The translations under genes were made by a program, and so were the position numbers. From NCBI GenBank assembly GCA_035509435.1, contig DATJLR010000002.1:133774-197773 (forward strand): DNA of 64,000 bases, written 5' to 3'. The notes beneath the pieces were generated by a model that did no database searches, was not told the DNA's origin, and worked only from the letters and a program-made list of their open reading frames with translations. This document shows positions 46,006 to 57,390 of the stretch, in pieces. Each line of letters opens with the position of its first letter. The stretch's first letter is position 1. This DNA comes from Minisyncoccota bacterium (GTDB taxonomy: Bacteria > Patescibacteriota > Minisyncoccia > UBA6257 > 2-01-FULL-56-20).

Positions 46006-47223
46006 GTGAGAAGACCTTTTCTGTATGTAATAGTGTTCGCGATCGCGGCGTCGGCACTTATCGCGAACGCCCAAAGCACGGGAAGCCCCCTGCAACTCAA
46101 TGTTACTGTCGTATATCCGCCGGGTATCCCATCTGGTCTTACGGCAACGACGACCTCGGCTTCTCAGATAGACCTTTCGTGGAACGCGAGCGGGACGAAC
46201 GAGACCGGATTTGAAATAGAAGAAGCGCAAGGGAATGATTCAGTATTTACTCCGATAGACGTGGTCAGTTCAAGCGTCACATCATATTCCCGGACGGGTC
46301 TCTTGCCGAGCACGACCTATTTTTATCGTGTTGCGGCGTATAACGAGGGAGGGTCGAGCGCATTTTCTAATGAGGCGTCGTCAACGACGCAGGCGGCATT
46401 GAACAATGGCGGCGGAATAAACAGCGGTGGCGGCGGCGGCGGAGGCGGCGGTGGTGGCGGTGGTGGTGGCGGATCGACATATGTGCCGCCGATATTTCAA
46501 ACCTCTGCTGATTTTCGCGGCATGGCGTATCCGCTGAGTACCATCACGCTCCTCGAGAACGGCCAGGTAGTTGCGACGACACAAGCGGGGCCGGATGCCC
46601 GTTTTGAGATCGACGTTTCGAACATGGCTCCGGGATCGTATAATTTCGGCGTATGGGCGGAGGATCCGCAGGGAGGCCGGTCGATCACGCAGACATTTTC
46701 TGTAAGCCTTACCGATGGCGCGACGACCATCGTGAGCGGCATATTCTTCTCGCCCACCATCAGCGCGGACAAGCGGCAGGTCAAGCGCGGCGACGTACTG
46801 ACCCTTCTTGGATATGGCCCTCCGGCGACGACGATCACCGTGGTCATCAATTCCGCGAATGAGATATTGCAGCAGGTCACTTCGACCGACAGTGGAGAGT
46901 GGACCTATGCGTTGAATACTGAAGAGTTGGAGTATGGCGATCACACGGCTCACGCGTGGGCCGTGGCGGGCGGAAGCGTGACGCCGGATTCGGACACCCT
47001 CTCGTTCACGGTCGGGACAAGTACGGTCGCCGCACCGGCGTTGTCGCCGTCAACTCATAAAATAGGAGATCTGAACGGCGACGAACGCGTCAACCTTGTT
47101 GATTTTTCCATTCTCGCCTATTGGTACGGCAAACCGAATCCTCCGGCGGCGTATCTTTTGGACGGAAAGCCGTCGGTCGACCTCGCGGACTTCAGCATCC
47201 TAGCTTATTATTGGACCGGCTGA
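46006..47223 (+). CDS. secreted FN3-domain protein with poly-Gly linker and C-terminal dockerin-like repeats
   Basis: FN3 segment (PSGLTATT..QIDLSWNASG..YFYRVAAYNEGG), G16 linker, two dockerin-type repeats GDLNGDERVNLVDFSILAYWYG / LDGKPSVDLADFSILAYYWTG. Confidence 0.6.
   Translation: MRRPFLYVIVFAIAASALIANAQSTGSPLQLNVTVVYPPGIPSGLTATTTSASQIDLSWNASGTNETGFEIEEAQGNDSVFTPIDVVSSSVTSYSRTGLLPSTTYFYRVAAYNEGGSSAFSNEASSTTQAALNNGGGINSGGGGGGGGGGGGGGGGSTYVPPIFQTSADFRGMAYPLSTITLLENGQVVATTQAGPDARFEIDVSNMAPGSYNFGVWAEDPQGGRSITQTFSVSLTDGATTIVSGIFFSPTISADKRQVKRGDVLTLLGYGPPATTITVVINSANEILQQVTSTDSGEWTYALNTEELEYGDHTAHAWAVAGGSVTPDSDTLSFTVGTSTVAAPALSPSTHKIGDLNGDERVNLVDFSILAYWYGKPNPPAAYLLDGKPSVDLADFSILAYYWTG
46426..46473 (+). 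repeat. (GGN)16 trinucleotide tract encoding Gly16
   Basis: ggtggcggcggcggcggaggcggcggtggtggcggtggtggtggcgga. Confidence 0.9.
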
Positions 47224-47224
47224 C

Positions 47225-48112
47225 ATGAAAAAAATACTTCCCATATTTTTCACTGTCGCCGCGCTGATCGTTCCGTGGCGCTCCTTTGCCGCCGTCATTA
47301 CCGTCGGGCCCTCGGGAGCCGATCCGCAAACGGTCGCGATCACGCTCGATACGCAAGGCGAGGAGGTGAACGCGGTGGAAATTCACTTTTCATTTGATAC
47401 AGACCTATTTTCCGTGAAGGGCATAAGTACCGGCGGTTCGGTCATCAACCTGTGGGTGAACGGCCCGTCGTTCTCGAACACGTTGGGTACGGTAGATCTC
47501 GCGGGCATCATTCCGGGTGGCGAGGTGACCGCGAGCGGCACCATTGTGACGATCACCCTGGTGCCAAAATTGCCGCAGGTACGGACCAATTTTACTTTCG
47601 ATTCAGGCCAAGTGCTTTTGAACGACGGGAAAGGGACCCCCGCAGCGCTTTCCGTTGTCATCAATCCGTTCACGCTGGGCGGCGCGGGCAGCGCTCCGCC
47701 GGCAGAGAGCACAAAGGCGCCGAACGCGTTCGCGCCCGAGATCGGGCAGGATCCGGACATTTTCGGCGGCAGCTATTTCCTTGTATTTTCGACGACCGAT
47801 CAGCAATCGGGCATCGACCATTACGACGTCCTGGAGGTTCCCGCAGGAACGAAAGTGACGAGCTCTTCGCCGTGGGTGACCGCTGCCTCTCCGTATCTTT
47901 TGAAGGATCAGGAACTTTCGAGCGATATCTACGTGCGCGCGGTCGACGCGGCGGGGAACTTCCGGACCGAAAAAATTTCAGCCGCACATCCGCGTCCGGG
48001 GATATCCGCTACCCTCTCTATCCTTGAAGCGATCCTCGGGGCGATAGTGGTATTATTGATAGGAGCGGGGATCGTGCGGCGTATCCGTCAATGGAAAAAA
48101 CGAAAGCGATAA
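47225..48112 (+). CDS. cohesin-domain protein with C-terminal TM anchor
   Basis: Signal peptide; cohesin-like beta-sandwich (HFSFDTDLFSVKGISTGGSVINLW..GTVDLAGI..ASGTIVTITLVPK); C-terminal TM plus RRIRQWKKRKR. Confidence 0.55.
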   Translation: MKKILPIFFTVAALIVPWRSFAAVITVGPSGADPQTVAITLDTQGEEVNAVEIHFSFDTDLFSVKGISTGGSVINLWVNGPSFSNTLGTVDLAGIIPGGEVTASGTIVTITLVPKLPQVRTNFTFDSGQVLLNDGKGTPAALSVVINPFTLGGAGSAPPAESTKAPNAFAPEIGQDPDIFGGSYFLVFSTTDQQSGIDHYDVLEVPAGTKVTSSSPWVTAASPYLLKDQELSSDIYVRAVDAAGNFRTEKISAAHPRPGISATLSILEAILGAIVVLLIGAGIVRRIRQWKKRKR

Positions 48113-49548
48113 GGAGGCTCTCGCTGATCTTCGGCACGGCCACCATGCTTGCCGTGGTTTTCGGCGCACATGCCGCGCGCGCGGCGACGCTTTCTTTCTC
48201 GCCGCAGGCGGGAACCTATTTTTCCGGAAGAAGCTTCAGTGTTTCGGTCATTGTTTCTTCGCCCGACCAGGCGATGAACGCCGTGCAGGCGGAGGTCTCT
48301 TTCCCTCCCGACGAACTCCAGGTGCTTTCCGTGTCTGAGGCGGGCTCGATCATCGATCTTTGGGTGCAGAACCCGACGTTTTCAAACGAAGATGGCACGA
48401 TAAATTTCGGAGGAGTGGCGGTAAATCCTGGCTATCAGGGATCCGGGGGGAAAATCGTGACGATCCAGTTCGAGGCAAAGAACCCCGGCACGGCAGCGCT
48501 TTCATTCCTTTCGGGATCTGTTCTTGCGAATGACGGAAAGGGGACCAATATTCTTGCGTCAATGGGCCGCGCGAGCTTCATCGTTGCGCCCCTTTCGACC
48601 GCTCCTGCATCGACGAATCCCGGGACTGCCGGAAGCACGGGGCCGGGCGTTGTCATCATCAATTCCGATCCTGCGCTTGCGAGCGGCCAATGGTATAACA
48701 TTAATAAGATCACATTCAGCTGGAGCGCCCCTACGAACGCCGAAGGCGTTGACTACGCGATATCCCCGAATCCGAACCTTCAACTTCCCGATGTGGGCCA
48801 AGGGTTGGTTTCTCAAGCGTCCTATGACCTTTCTAACTTTGCGGATGGCCCGTGGTATTTTTATGTGAGCTTCAATAACGGGAGCGCGTGGTCGCCCCCT
48901 TCCGTAAAGGAATTTCTTCTTGACCGCACCCCGCCCGATCCGTTCATTATTTCGCGCGAAGGCGCGGATCAGCCGGATTCCCGGCCGGTATTTCAATGGG
49001 TCGCGAGTGACGCTGCTTCGGGGATCGATCATTACGAGGTGAAGATCGGCGATGGCGACTGGTTCGATGCGTCCACCATACAAGCGGGAAGTTCCACATA
49101 TGTGCTTCCGCTGCAGTCGCCCGCTTCCGCGCGGACGCTCACGGTGCGCGCGTTCGACAAGGCGGGCAACCATACCGACGCGACGGTCGATTTTTCGGTG
49201 CCCGGTGTGCCCTGCAATGGTGGCGCGTTCTTCTGCCGGCTTCCGGTGTTCTTTTCTCAATGGGGATGGGTGATCGTCGGTATCCTTGTTATTCTGCTCA
49301 TTCTTGCCTACGGCTTTATTTACCATCTTCTTCGGTGGAAAAAGATCTCGGCGAAAGAGTTGAAAAAATTCGAAGACGAGCTCCGCCACGATCTCGGTGT
49401 CATCCATGAAGAAGCCGAAAAAGCGCGGTCCGGTGCCGTTGATCTGAGGCCATCCCATCTTGCACGCGAAAAGCGTGAGCTTGAGAAAGAGGTCGAGCAT
49501 ATTTCCGAGGATGTGAAGAAGGAAATCAGGGATCTGGGCGGGAAATAG
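48091..49548 (+). CDS. cohesin-domain protein with TM anchor and cytoplasmic coiled-coil tail
   Basis: Second cohesin-like module (VSFPPDELQVLSVSEAGSIIDLWVQNP..GGKIVTIQFEAKNPG), shared SGIDHYEV domain, TM, charged coiled-coil C-terminus. Confidence 0.55.
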   Translation: MEKTKAIRRLSLIFGTATMLAVVFGAHAARAATLSFSPQAGTYFSGRSFSVSVIVSSPDQAMNAVQAEVSFPPDELQVLSVSEAGSIIDLWVQNPTFSNEDGTINFGGVAVNPGYQGSGGKIVTIQFEAKNPGTAALSFLSGSVLANDGKGTNILASMGRASFIVAPLSTAPASTNPGTAGSTGPGVVIINSDPALASGQWYNINKITFSWSAPTNAEGVDYAISPNPNLQLPDVGQGLVSQASYDLSNFADGPWYFYVSFNNGSAWSPPSVKEFLLDRTPPDPFIISREGADQPDSRPVFQWVASDAASGIDHYEVKIGDGDWFDASTIQAGSSTYVLPLQSPASARTLTVRAFDKAGNHTDATVDFSVPGVPCNGGAFFCRLPVFFSQWGWVIVGILVILLILAYGFIYHLLRWKKISAKELKKFEDELRHDLGVIHEEAEKARSGAVDLRPSHLAREKRELEKEVEHISEDVKKEIRDLGGK

Positions 49549-49592
49549 TGTCATCGTTGGAAGCGTGACTCTGCCGCCTTTTTCTGCTATAA

Positions 49593-50348
49593 TTGCCCAG
49601 TATGCTGAACATTTCGCTCGCCGCTGAACCCATCTTTTATATCGGCTCATGGCCGGTGACGAACGCCGTGCTTCAGGCGTTCGTGGTGCTGGTGGCGCTC
49701 ACCATCATCGCCGTTCTCCTTAAAAAGAAGCTTGCGATGGTGCCCGGTATGTTGCAGAACATCGCCGAGATGGTCATTGAGGGCGCGCTCGGACTCATGG
49801 ACTCTGTGCTTGGGAGCCGGAAGGAATCGGAAAAATATCTGCCGCTCACCTTCACTATCTTTATCTTTATCCTGATCTCCAACTGGTCGGGACTGATCCC
49901 CGGGGTCGGATCGGTGACGCTCGGCCGCGGCGCGGACGCGATCCCGCTTTTGCGCTCGCCCGCGAGCGACCTCAACTTCACGCTTGCCCTCGCGCTCATC
50001 GCCGTCACCATGGTGAACGTCTTCGCGACATCCATCGTGGGATTGCGCGAGCGCGTGTCGGTATTCTTCAATTTCTCGAGCCCGATCAAGTTTTTCGTGG
50101 GCATACTTGAGCTTATCTCGGAATTTGCTAGAATTATCTCGTTCACGTTCCGTCTTTTCGGCAATGTGTTCGCGGGGGAGGTCCTGCTCGCCATCATGGC
50201 GCTCCTCGTGCCATACCTGGTGCCCCTGCCATTCATGTTCCTGGAAGTGTTCGTCGGATTCATTCAGGCGTTCATTTTCGGAATGCTCACACTCGTATTC
50301 GTGGCGCTCGCGATCACTCCTCACGAAGGCGAGGAGGCGGGCCATTGA
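49593..50348 (+). CDS. atpB: F0F1 ATP synthase subunit a
   Basis: 5-TM; RLFGNVFAGEVL motif with the essential Arg. Confidence 0.9.
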   Translation: MPSMLNISLAAEPIFYIGSWPVTNAVLQAFVVLVALTIIAVLLKKKLAMVPGMLQNIAEMVIEGALGLMDSVLGSRKESEKYLPLTFTIFIFILISNWSGLIPGVGSVTLGRGADAIPLLRSPASDLNFTLALALIAVTMVNVFATSIVGLRERVSVFFNFSSPIKFFVGILELISEFARIISFTFRLFGNVFAGEVLLAIMALLVPYLVPLPFMFLEVFVGFIQAFIFGMLTLVFVALAITPHEGEEAGH

Positions 50349-50393
50349 CGCCGCGAAGGGAAAGGTCGTACCAAGAAGAACAGAGAAAAATAA

Positions 50394-50645
<252 letters not shown>

Positions 50646-50652
50646 CGTCACC

Positions 50653-51171
50653 ATGCAGCAACTCGTACAACAGCTCGGCGTCAATTGGGAGCTCCTGCTC
50701 AGTCAGGCGTTCAATTTTGCGCTGCTGCTTGTCGTGCTGCGCATTTTCGTCTACAAGCCGCTCTTGAAGCTGCTGCATGACCGGCGCGAGCGCATCGAGG
50801 GCGGCCTGGCGAAAGCCGAAGAGGCCGAGCGCCGGCTCCACGAGGTTGATGAGATCGGAAAGGGAAGGATCAAAGAGGCGGAGACGGAAGCGGTGCATAT
50901 TTTAAAACGCACCGAAGCCGAGGCGAAGTCGCTCGAAGAAAAGCTGCTTGCCCAGGCAAAACGCCACGAGGAAGAGGCGGTGGCAGCCACCGCCACGCGA
51001 TTGCGGTCGCAGGAAGAGGAATCGCGCCGGGCGCTCGATAAAGAGGCGGCGGCGCTTGTGCGTCTCGCCATGGTGAAGACGGTCGAGCTCTCGCCGGAAG
51101 CGGTCGACGATGCGTTGATCGCAAAAGCGGTCGCCGAAGCCAAGAAGTCGGTAAGCGCATCAACCGCATGA
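50653..51171 (+). CDS. atpF: F0F1 ATP synthase subunit b
   Basis: N-terminal TM then a long charged helix. Confidence 0.8.
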   Translation: MQQLVQQLGVNWELLLSQAFNFALLLVVLRIFVYKPLLKLLHDRRERIEGGLAKAEEAERRLHEVDEIGKGRIKEAETEAVHILKRTEAEAKSLEEKLLAQAKRHEEEAVAATATRLRSQEEESRRALDKEAAALVRLAMVKTVELSPEAVDDALIAKAVAEAKKSVSASTA

Positions 51172-51560
51172 AATACCCTCCGCACATTTACGCGAAGGCG
51201 CTCGTAGAGGTCCTGTCCGCGCCTGCCGGGCCGCACAAGCGGTCCGACGACGAGGTGGCAAAGAATTTTCTCGCGCTCGTGCGGAAGAACGGCGACGAAC
51301 GGCACTTGCGGAAGATATTGGAAGAGGCGTCGCGGTTCGCGCGCGGCAAGAGCGGCGTGCGGAAGGTGACGATCGAGTCGGCGCGTCCGCTCGCGCCGGC
51401 ACAGCGAAGATCGGTTGCGCACTTCACCAAGCCGGGGGATGTCGTGGAGGAGCGGGTCGACCCCGACCTCATCGCGGGGATCCGCATCATCCTGAACGAC
51501 GAGATGCAGTTCGACGGATCGCTGAAAACCAAACTGAACCGGGCGTTGGGGAACGCGTAA
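51168..51560 (+). CDS. atpH: F0F1 ATP synthase subunit delta (short OSCP)
   Basis: Position between b and alpha; YAKALVEV..; only 130 aa. Confidence 0.65.
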   Translation: MKYPPHIYAKALVEVLSAPAGPHKRSDDEVAKNFLALVRKNGDERHLRKILEEASRFARGKSGVRKVTIESARPLAPAQRRSVAHFTKPGDVVEERVDPDLIAGIRIILNDEMQFDGSLKTKLNRALGNA

Positions 51561-51575
51561 CGCGAAGAAACTATC

Positions 51576-53102
51576 ATGTCATACGAAATCATCGAAAAAC
51601 TGAAGCGGGATATCGAGGGATATAAAGAGAAGCCCGAATGGGCCGAAATGGGCCGCGTCATCGAGGTCGGCGACGGCATCGTCCGCATCCTTGGGTTGCG
51701 CAACGCCGTCAGCCAGGAGGTTTTAATAATTGAAACGGCGCACGGCGAACGTCCCGCGCTTGCGCTCAACCTTGAGGAGGAGTCCATCGGCGGCCTCGTG
51801 CTCGGCGATTTCCTCGCGATCGAAGTGGGCGACACCGTGCGCCGCACCGGCGATGTCCTGTCCATAGAAGTGGGGGATGAGCTGATCGGCCGCGTCGTGG
51901 ATCCATTGGGAGTCCCGCAAGATGGGCAAGGGCCGATCTTTAAAACGGGTTCCAAGCCCCAGCGCAATCCGCTCGAACAGCGCGCGCCGGGTATCCTTGA
52001 CCGCGAGTCGGTCAATACGCCGGTGCACACCGGCATCAAGGCCATCGACGCGCTGATCCCGATCGGCCGCGGCCAGCGCGAGCTCATCATCGGGGACCGC
52101 GCGACCGGGAAGACCGCCGTCGCGCTCGATACCATTTTGAACCAGAAGAACGATACCGGCCGCCGCACGCCGATCTGCATCTACGTTGCGATCGGACAGA
52201 AGGAATCCAAGGTGGTGCGCATCGCCGAGACGCTCAAAAAGTTCGACGCGTTCAAATACAGCATCATTGTTTCCGCGTCGGCGGGATCGCCGGCGGCCAT
52301 GTGGTACCTTGCGCCGTACGCCGGCGCCGCGATCGGCGAATATTTCCGCGACAAGGGCATGGACGCGCTCATCGTCTACGATGATCTTTCCAAGCATGCC
52401 TGGGCATACCGCCAGATCTCGCTCCTGCTCCGCCGCCCGCCGGGCCGCGAGGCATATCCCGGCGACGTCTTCTATCTCCACTCGCGCCTGTTGGAGCGCG
52501 CAGCGAAGCTTTCAAAAGAAAAGGGCGGCGGATCGCTTACCGCGCTCCCGATCGTCGAAACACAGCTCGGCGACGTGACGGCATACATCCCGACGAACAT
52601 CATCTCCATCACGGACGGCCAGATCTATCTTGAGACGGACCTTTTCAACCAGGGCCAGCGCCCGGCGTTGAACGTGGGCATCTCGGTGTCGCGCGTGGGT
52701 TCCGCAGCGCAGACGAAGGCCATGAAGAAAGTTGCGGGCAAGCTCAAGCTCGCGCACGCGCAGTTCCGCGAGCTCCAGGCATTCGCGCAGTTCGCAACCG
52801 ACGTCGACGAAGCGACGCGCAAGCGCATCCTGCAGGGACAGAAGATCAACGAGATCCTCAAGCAGGACGACCTCGACCCGATGCCGGTGGAAGAGCAGGT
52901 GTGCGTGTTCTACGCCGTGCTCAACAACTACTTTGAGTCCGTTCCGGTGGAGGACATCAAAAAGAAGCAGGACGAGCTCGTGGATTATCTTTCCACGCTC
53001 CACGAAGAGGATATCCTGAAACCGATCCGCGATACGGGATTGTTTGACGAAGCGGTGGAGAACAAATTAAAAGAGGCGCTCACGCACTTTCTTTCTAAGT
53101 AA
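51576..53102 (+). CDS. atpA: F0F1 ATP synthase subunit alpha
   Basis: GDRATGKT Walker A, alpha-specific motifs. Confidence 0.9.
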   Translation: MSYEIIEKLKRDIEGYKEKPEWAEMGRVIEVGDGIVRILGLRNAVSQEVLIIETAHGERPALALNLEEESIGGLVLGDFLAIEVGDTVRRTGDVLSIEVGDELIGRVVDPLGVPQDGQGPIFKTGSKPQRNPLEQRAPGILDRESVNTPVHTGIKAIDALIPIGRGQRELIIGDRATGKTAVALDTILNQKNDTGRRTPICIYVAIGQKESKVVRIAETLKKFDAFKYSIIVSASAGSPAAMWYLAPYAGAAIGEYFRDKGMDALIVYDDLSKHAWAYRQISLLLRRPPGREAYPGDVFYLHSRLLERAAKLSKEKGGGSLTALPIVETQLGDVTAYIPTNIISITDGQIYLETDLFNQGQRPALNVGISVSRVGSAAQTKAMKKVAGKLKLAHAQFRELQAFAQFATDVDEATRKRILQGQKINEILKQDDLDPMPVEEQVCVFYAVLNNYFESVPVEDIKKKQDELVDYLSTLHEEDILKPIRDTGLFDEAVENKLKEALTHFLSK

Positions 53103-53133
53103 CCGCTAACAAGTAACAAGGTCTACTATTATT

Positions 53134-54069
53134 ATGGAGTCCGGACAGAGCTTAAAGCGGCGCATGAAGAGCGTCCAGAATATCGGACAGATCACGAAGG
53201 CGATGGAGCTTGTCTCTGCCACCAAGATGCGGCGCTCGCAGGAGCTTGCGCTCCATTCGCGCCCGTACGCGTACACTGCGTTGCGGTTGCTTGGCATCCT
53301 GTCGTCGCTCAAGGACGTTCCGACGCCGGTGCTCTTTGAAAAGCGCGAGGTGCAACGCACCGCGTTTCTCTTAATGATGTCCGATCGCGGCCTTGCGGGT
53401 TCCTTCAACGGCGCCGTCGTCCGCGAGTTCGAGCGATACATGAAAGCGAACAAGATCGATATCCTGGATCCGCGCTACTCTTTTATTGCCATTGGGCAGA
53501 AGGCCAAAAGTTACTTTGAGCGACGCCGCGCGCGCGTCATCGCTTCGTTCACGCGCGTGAGCGATGCGAGCAGCATTCTCGACGCCGAGCCGATAGCGGA
53601 TTTTTTGATCGAGGGCTACGCGCGCCATGACTTTGACGGTGTCATCGCGTTCTTCACGACGTTCGTCACTGCGCTCCGCCAGGATCCGGTCGTCCGCGAG
53701 CTCCTTCCGGTGAGCTTCGAGGCGATCAGGCAGTCGGTGGAAGAGACGATCCCGCGCGCCGGCCGCTACGCGGACTACGCAAAGTCGGAAGCCTTCATGG
53801 ACGGGCGCGAGAAAGAATACATTATCGAGCCGTCGCCAAAAGAGGTGCTGGACGAGCTCGCGCCGAAACTTCTGAAGATCCGCCTGTATCACGCCATCCT
53901 CGAAGCCAATGCCTCCGAGCACTCGGCGCGTCGCGTGGCGATGAAGAACGCATCCGACAACGCGTCGGAACTTTCGGAAACGCTCACGATGGTCTATAAT
54001 AAGTCGCGTCAGGCCGCCATCACGGCGCAGATCATCGAGATCACGAGCGGGGCAGAGTCGCTGCAGTAG
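53134..54069 (+). CDS. atpG: F0F1 ATP synthase subunit gamma
   Basis: MESGQSLKRRMKSVQNIGQITKAMELVSATKMRR N-terminus, conserved C-terminal helix. Confidence 0.85.
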   Translation: MESGQSLKRRMKSVQNIGQITKAMELVSATKMRRSQELALHSRPYAYTALRLLGILSSLKDVPTPVLFEKREVQRTAFLLMMSDRGLAGSFNGAVVREFERYMKANKIDILDPRYSFIAIGQKAKSYFERRRARVIASFTRVSDASSILDAEPIADFLIEGYARHDFDGVIAFFTTFVTALRQDPVVRELLPVSFEAIRQSVEETIPRAGRYADYAKSEAFMDGREKEYIIEPSPKEVLDELAPKLLKIRLYHAILEANASEHSARRVAMKNASDNASELSETLTMVYNKSRQAAITAQIIEITSGAESLQ

Positions 54070-54197
54070 CAAAATCATTTTGGATTATCTTTTCGGGGAC
54101 GGGTCGCGTTCTGCTGAACGCGCCCTAACGCTCGGCACCCCCGTGCCTCCGCGATTCCCCTCAAAGACAACCCAAAGTGATTTTGCTACTGCAGCGA
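54058..54197. repeat. 20-bp perfect inverted repeat (TCGCTGCAGTAGCAAAATCA) flanking a 100-bp spacer, overlapping the atpG stop codon
   Basis: Arms at 54058-54077 and 54178-54197; the spacer contains a nested GCGTTC..GAACGC hairpin. Confidence 0.75.
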
Positions 54198-54267
54198 TAT
54201 GCGTTGGAAGTGGTGTAAAACATTAAATTTTGATGAAAAATTATTTGCAATGCTATAATCAAGCTCT

Positions 54268-54585
54268 ATGATTGGGGTCATGGAAGATAAAAAAATATTT
54301 GAACAGTTAGCGTACAAGATCGCCAGGGAAGTGGCTGCGGAAAAAGATCGGCGCCACGGGGTTATTCTGGAGGATATCCAGGGAAAATTTGCCGCTTTGG
54401 TTGAGGGTCAGAATGCAATGGAGAAGAGAATGGACGGATTTGATGGGAGATTAGGAAAGATTGAAGTAAAAATGGAGAAAATGGATGATACCCTTGATGA
54501 GATCAGAGAGGATATACGGGATAAAGCCGATAAAAAAGATGTGGCCACGCTGGAGCGGCGGGTTACCAAGCTTGAACACCTCTAA
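54268..54585 (+). CDS. small coiled-coil protein inserted between atpG and atpD (paralog of 33244..33633)
   Basis: 105 aa; same N- and C-terminal signatures as the paralog; TATAAT at 54253-54258. Confidence 0.5.
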   Translation: MIGVMEDKKIFEQLAYKIAREVAAEKDRRHGVILEDIQGKFAALVEGQNAMEKRMDGFDGRLGKIEVKMEKMDDTLDEIREDIRDKADKKDVATLERRVTKLEHL

Positions 54586-56320
<1,735 letters not shown>

Positions 56321-56340
56321 GCCGCGCGCCGATCGTTATC

Positions 56341-56781
56341 ATGGAACCGTTCGTGAAGTTCAATTCAGAACATGGGCACTACACTGCCGACGCGTGCGTC
56401 GTGTGGTGCTTCGATGACCGTTTTTATAAATTGCTGAAGGCGTTCGGCAAGCAGGAAGGCTTTGGCCACATTGATCTCGTGAAGGTGGCGGGCGGCGCGA
56501 AGGCGCTCGCGTCCGAGGAGGCCGCATCGCCGGAGCGCGATTTTCTGCTCGCCCAGATCAAGACGTCCGCGCGCCTGCATGGCACGAAGCGGGTGGTCCT
56601 CATGCTCCATCGGGACTGCGGCGGATACGGCGGCTCAAAAAGTTTTGAAAGCGCCGATGCGGAGCGCGAGGAACTTATGAAACAATTGCATCAGGCGCAG
56701 GATTTCGTAAAGAAAGAGACCGGCCTTACCGCAGATGCCTGTTTTGCGGATTTTGACGGATTATATATGCACACACTATAG
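56341..56781 (+). CDS. beta-carbonic-anhydrase-like small protein
   Basis: CFDDR (CxDxR) and HRDCGG (HxxCGG) motifs; 146 aa; ends FADFDGLYM. Confidence 0.4.
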   Translation: MEPFVKFNSEHGHYTADACVVWCFDDRFYKLLKAFGKQEGFGHIDLVKVAGGAKALASEEAASPERDFLLAQIKTSARLHGTKRVVLMLHRDCGGYGGSKSFESADAEREELMKQLHQAQDFVKKETGLTADACFADFDGLYMHTL

Positions 56782-56865
56782 TGTTACCTCGCATATTCGA
56801 CAGATCTTGAGTTGTGGAGTATACTTTCCTCCAGCAACTTATTTCGATCAGCGGTAGGAGCATAG

Positions 56866-57300
56866 ATGAAAAGGATAGTGGAACATGAATTTCCGCGCAC
56901 TCATGACCCAGTGCAAACGCTTATCATCGGATGTTCGGATCGCCGCGTGAAGGGTTCACGGGGTATGGCCGGGGAGTATATGGGGGTCGATGAATCGATC
57001 CCGATCACGATCCCCGGCGGTCCGAAGGATCTGGTATTCCCGAGCCATCCGCGGGACAGGGAATCGCTTCTTGAAAAGATCTCCCTGGTGGGAGACAACC
57101 TGAGGCTCATCATCGCTAAAGCGCACAATGAATGTCTTGCGTGCGCCCGGTGCGACGATCCGGCATTTTATGAAGACCTCTTGGAGAAGGCCAGCGAGGT
57201 CCTTATCAGGCGGTTTCCGGGCGTGAAGGTGGCGCCGATCTTCGTGGACTTCGACGGGATCTATCTCGTTGAGAATAGCGTCCTTGTTGGCGTGTGCTGA
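56866..57300 (+). CDS. beta-carbonic-anhydrase-like small protein, divergent paralog
   Basis: CSDRR and HNECLAC motifs; ends FVDFDGIYLVEN like its neighbour. Confidence 0.4.
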   Translation: MKRIVEHEFPRTHDPVQTLIIGCSDRRVKGSRGMAGEYMGVDESIPITIPGGPKDLVFPSHPRDRESLLEKISLVGDNLRLIIAKAHNECLACARCDDPAFYEDLLEKASEVLIRRFPGVKVAPIFVDFDGIYLVENSVLVGVC

Positions 57301-57390
57301 CGGCAGCACGTTCTTCTTTGCAGGGCTGGGAAATTATCCCGGCCCTTTTATTTTTCAGCGCGGCATGTTTTGTAGTATAATGGAACGACC

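Noticed and set aside
48559-50345. Minus-strand ORFs 48559..49650 and 49647..50345
   Set aside because: Antisense to the second cohesin gene and atpB.
51188-52481. Minus-strand ORFs 51188..52180 and 51723..52481
   Set aside because: Antisense to atpH and atpA.
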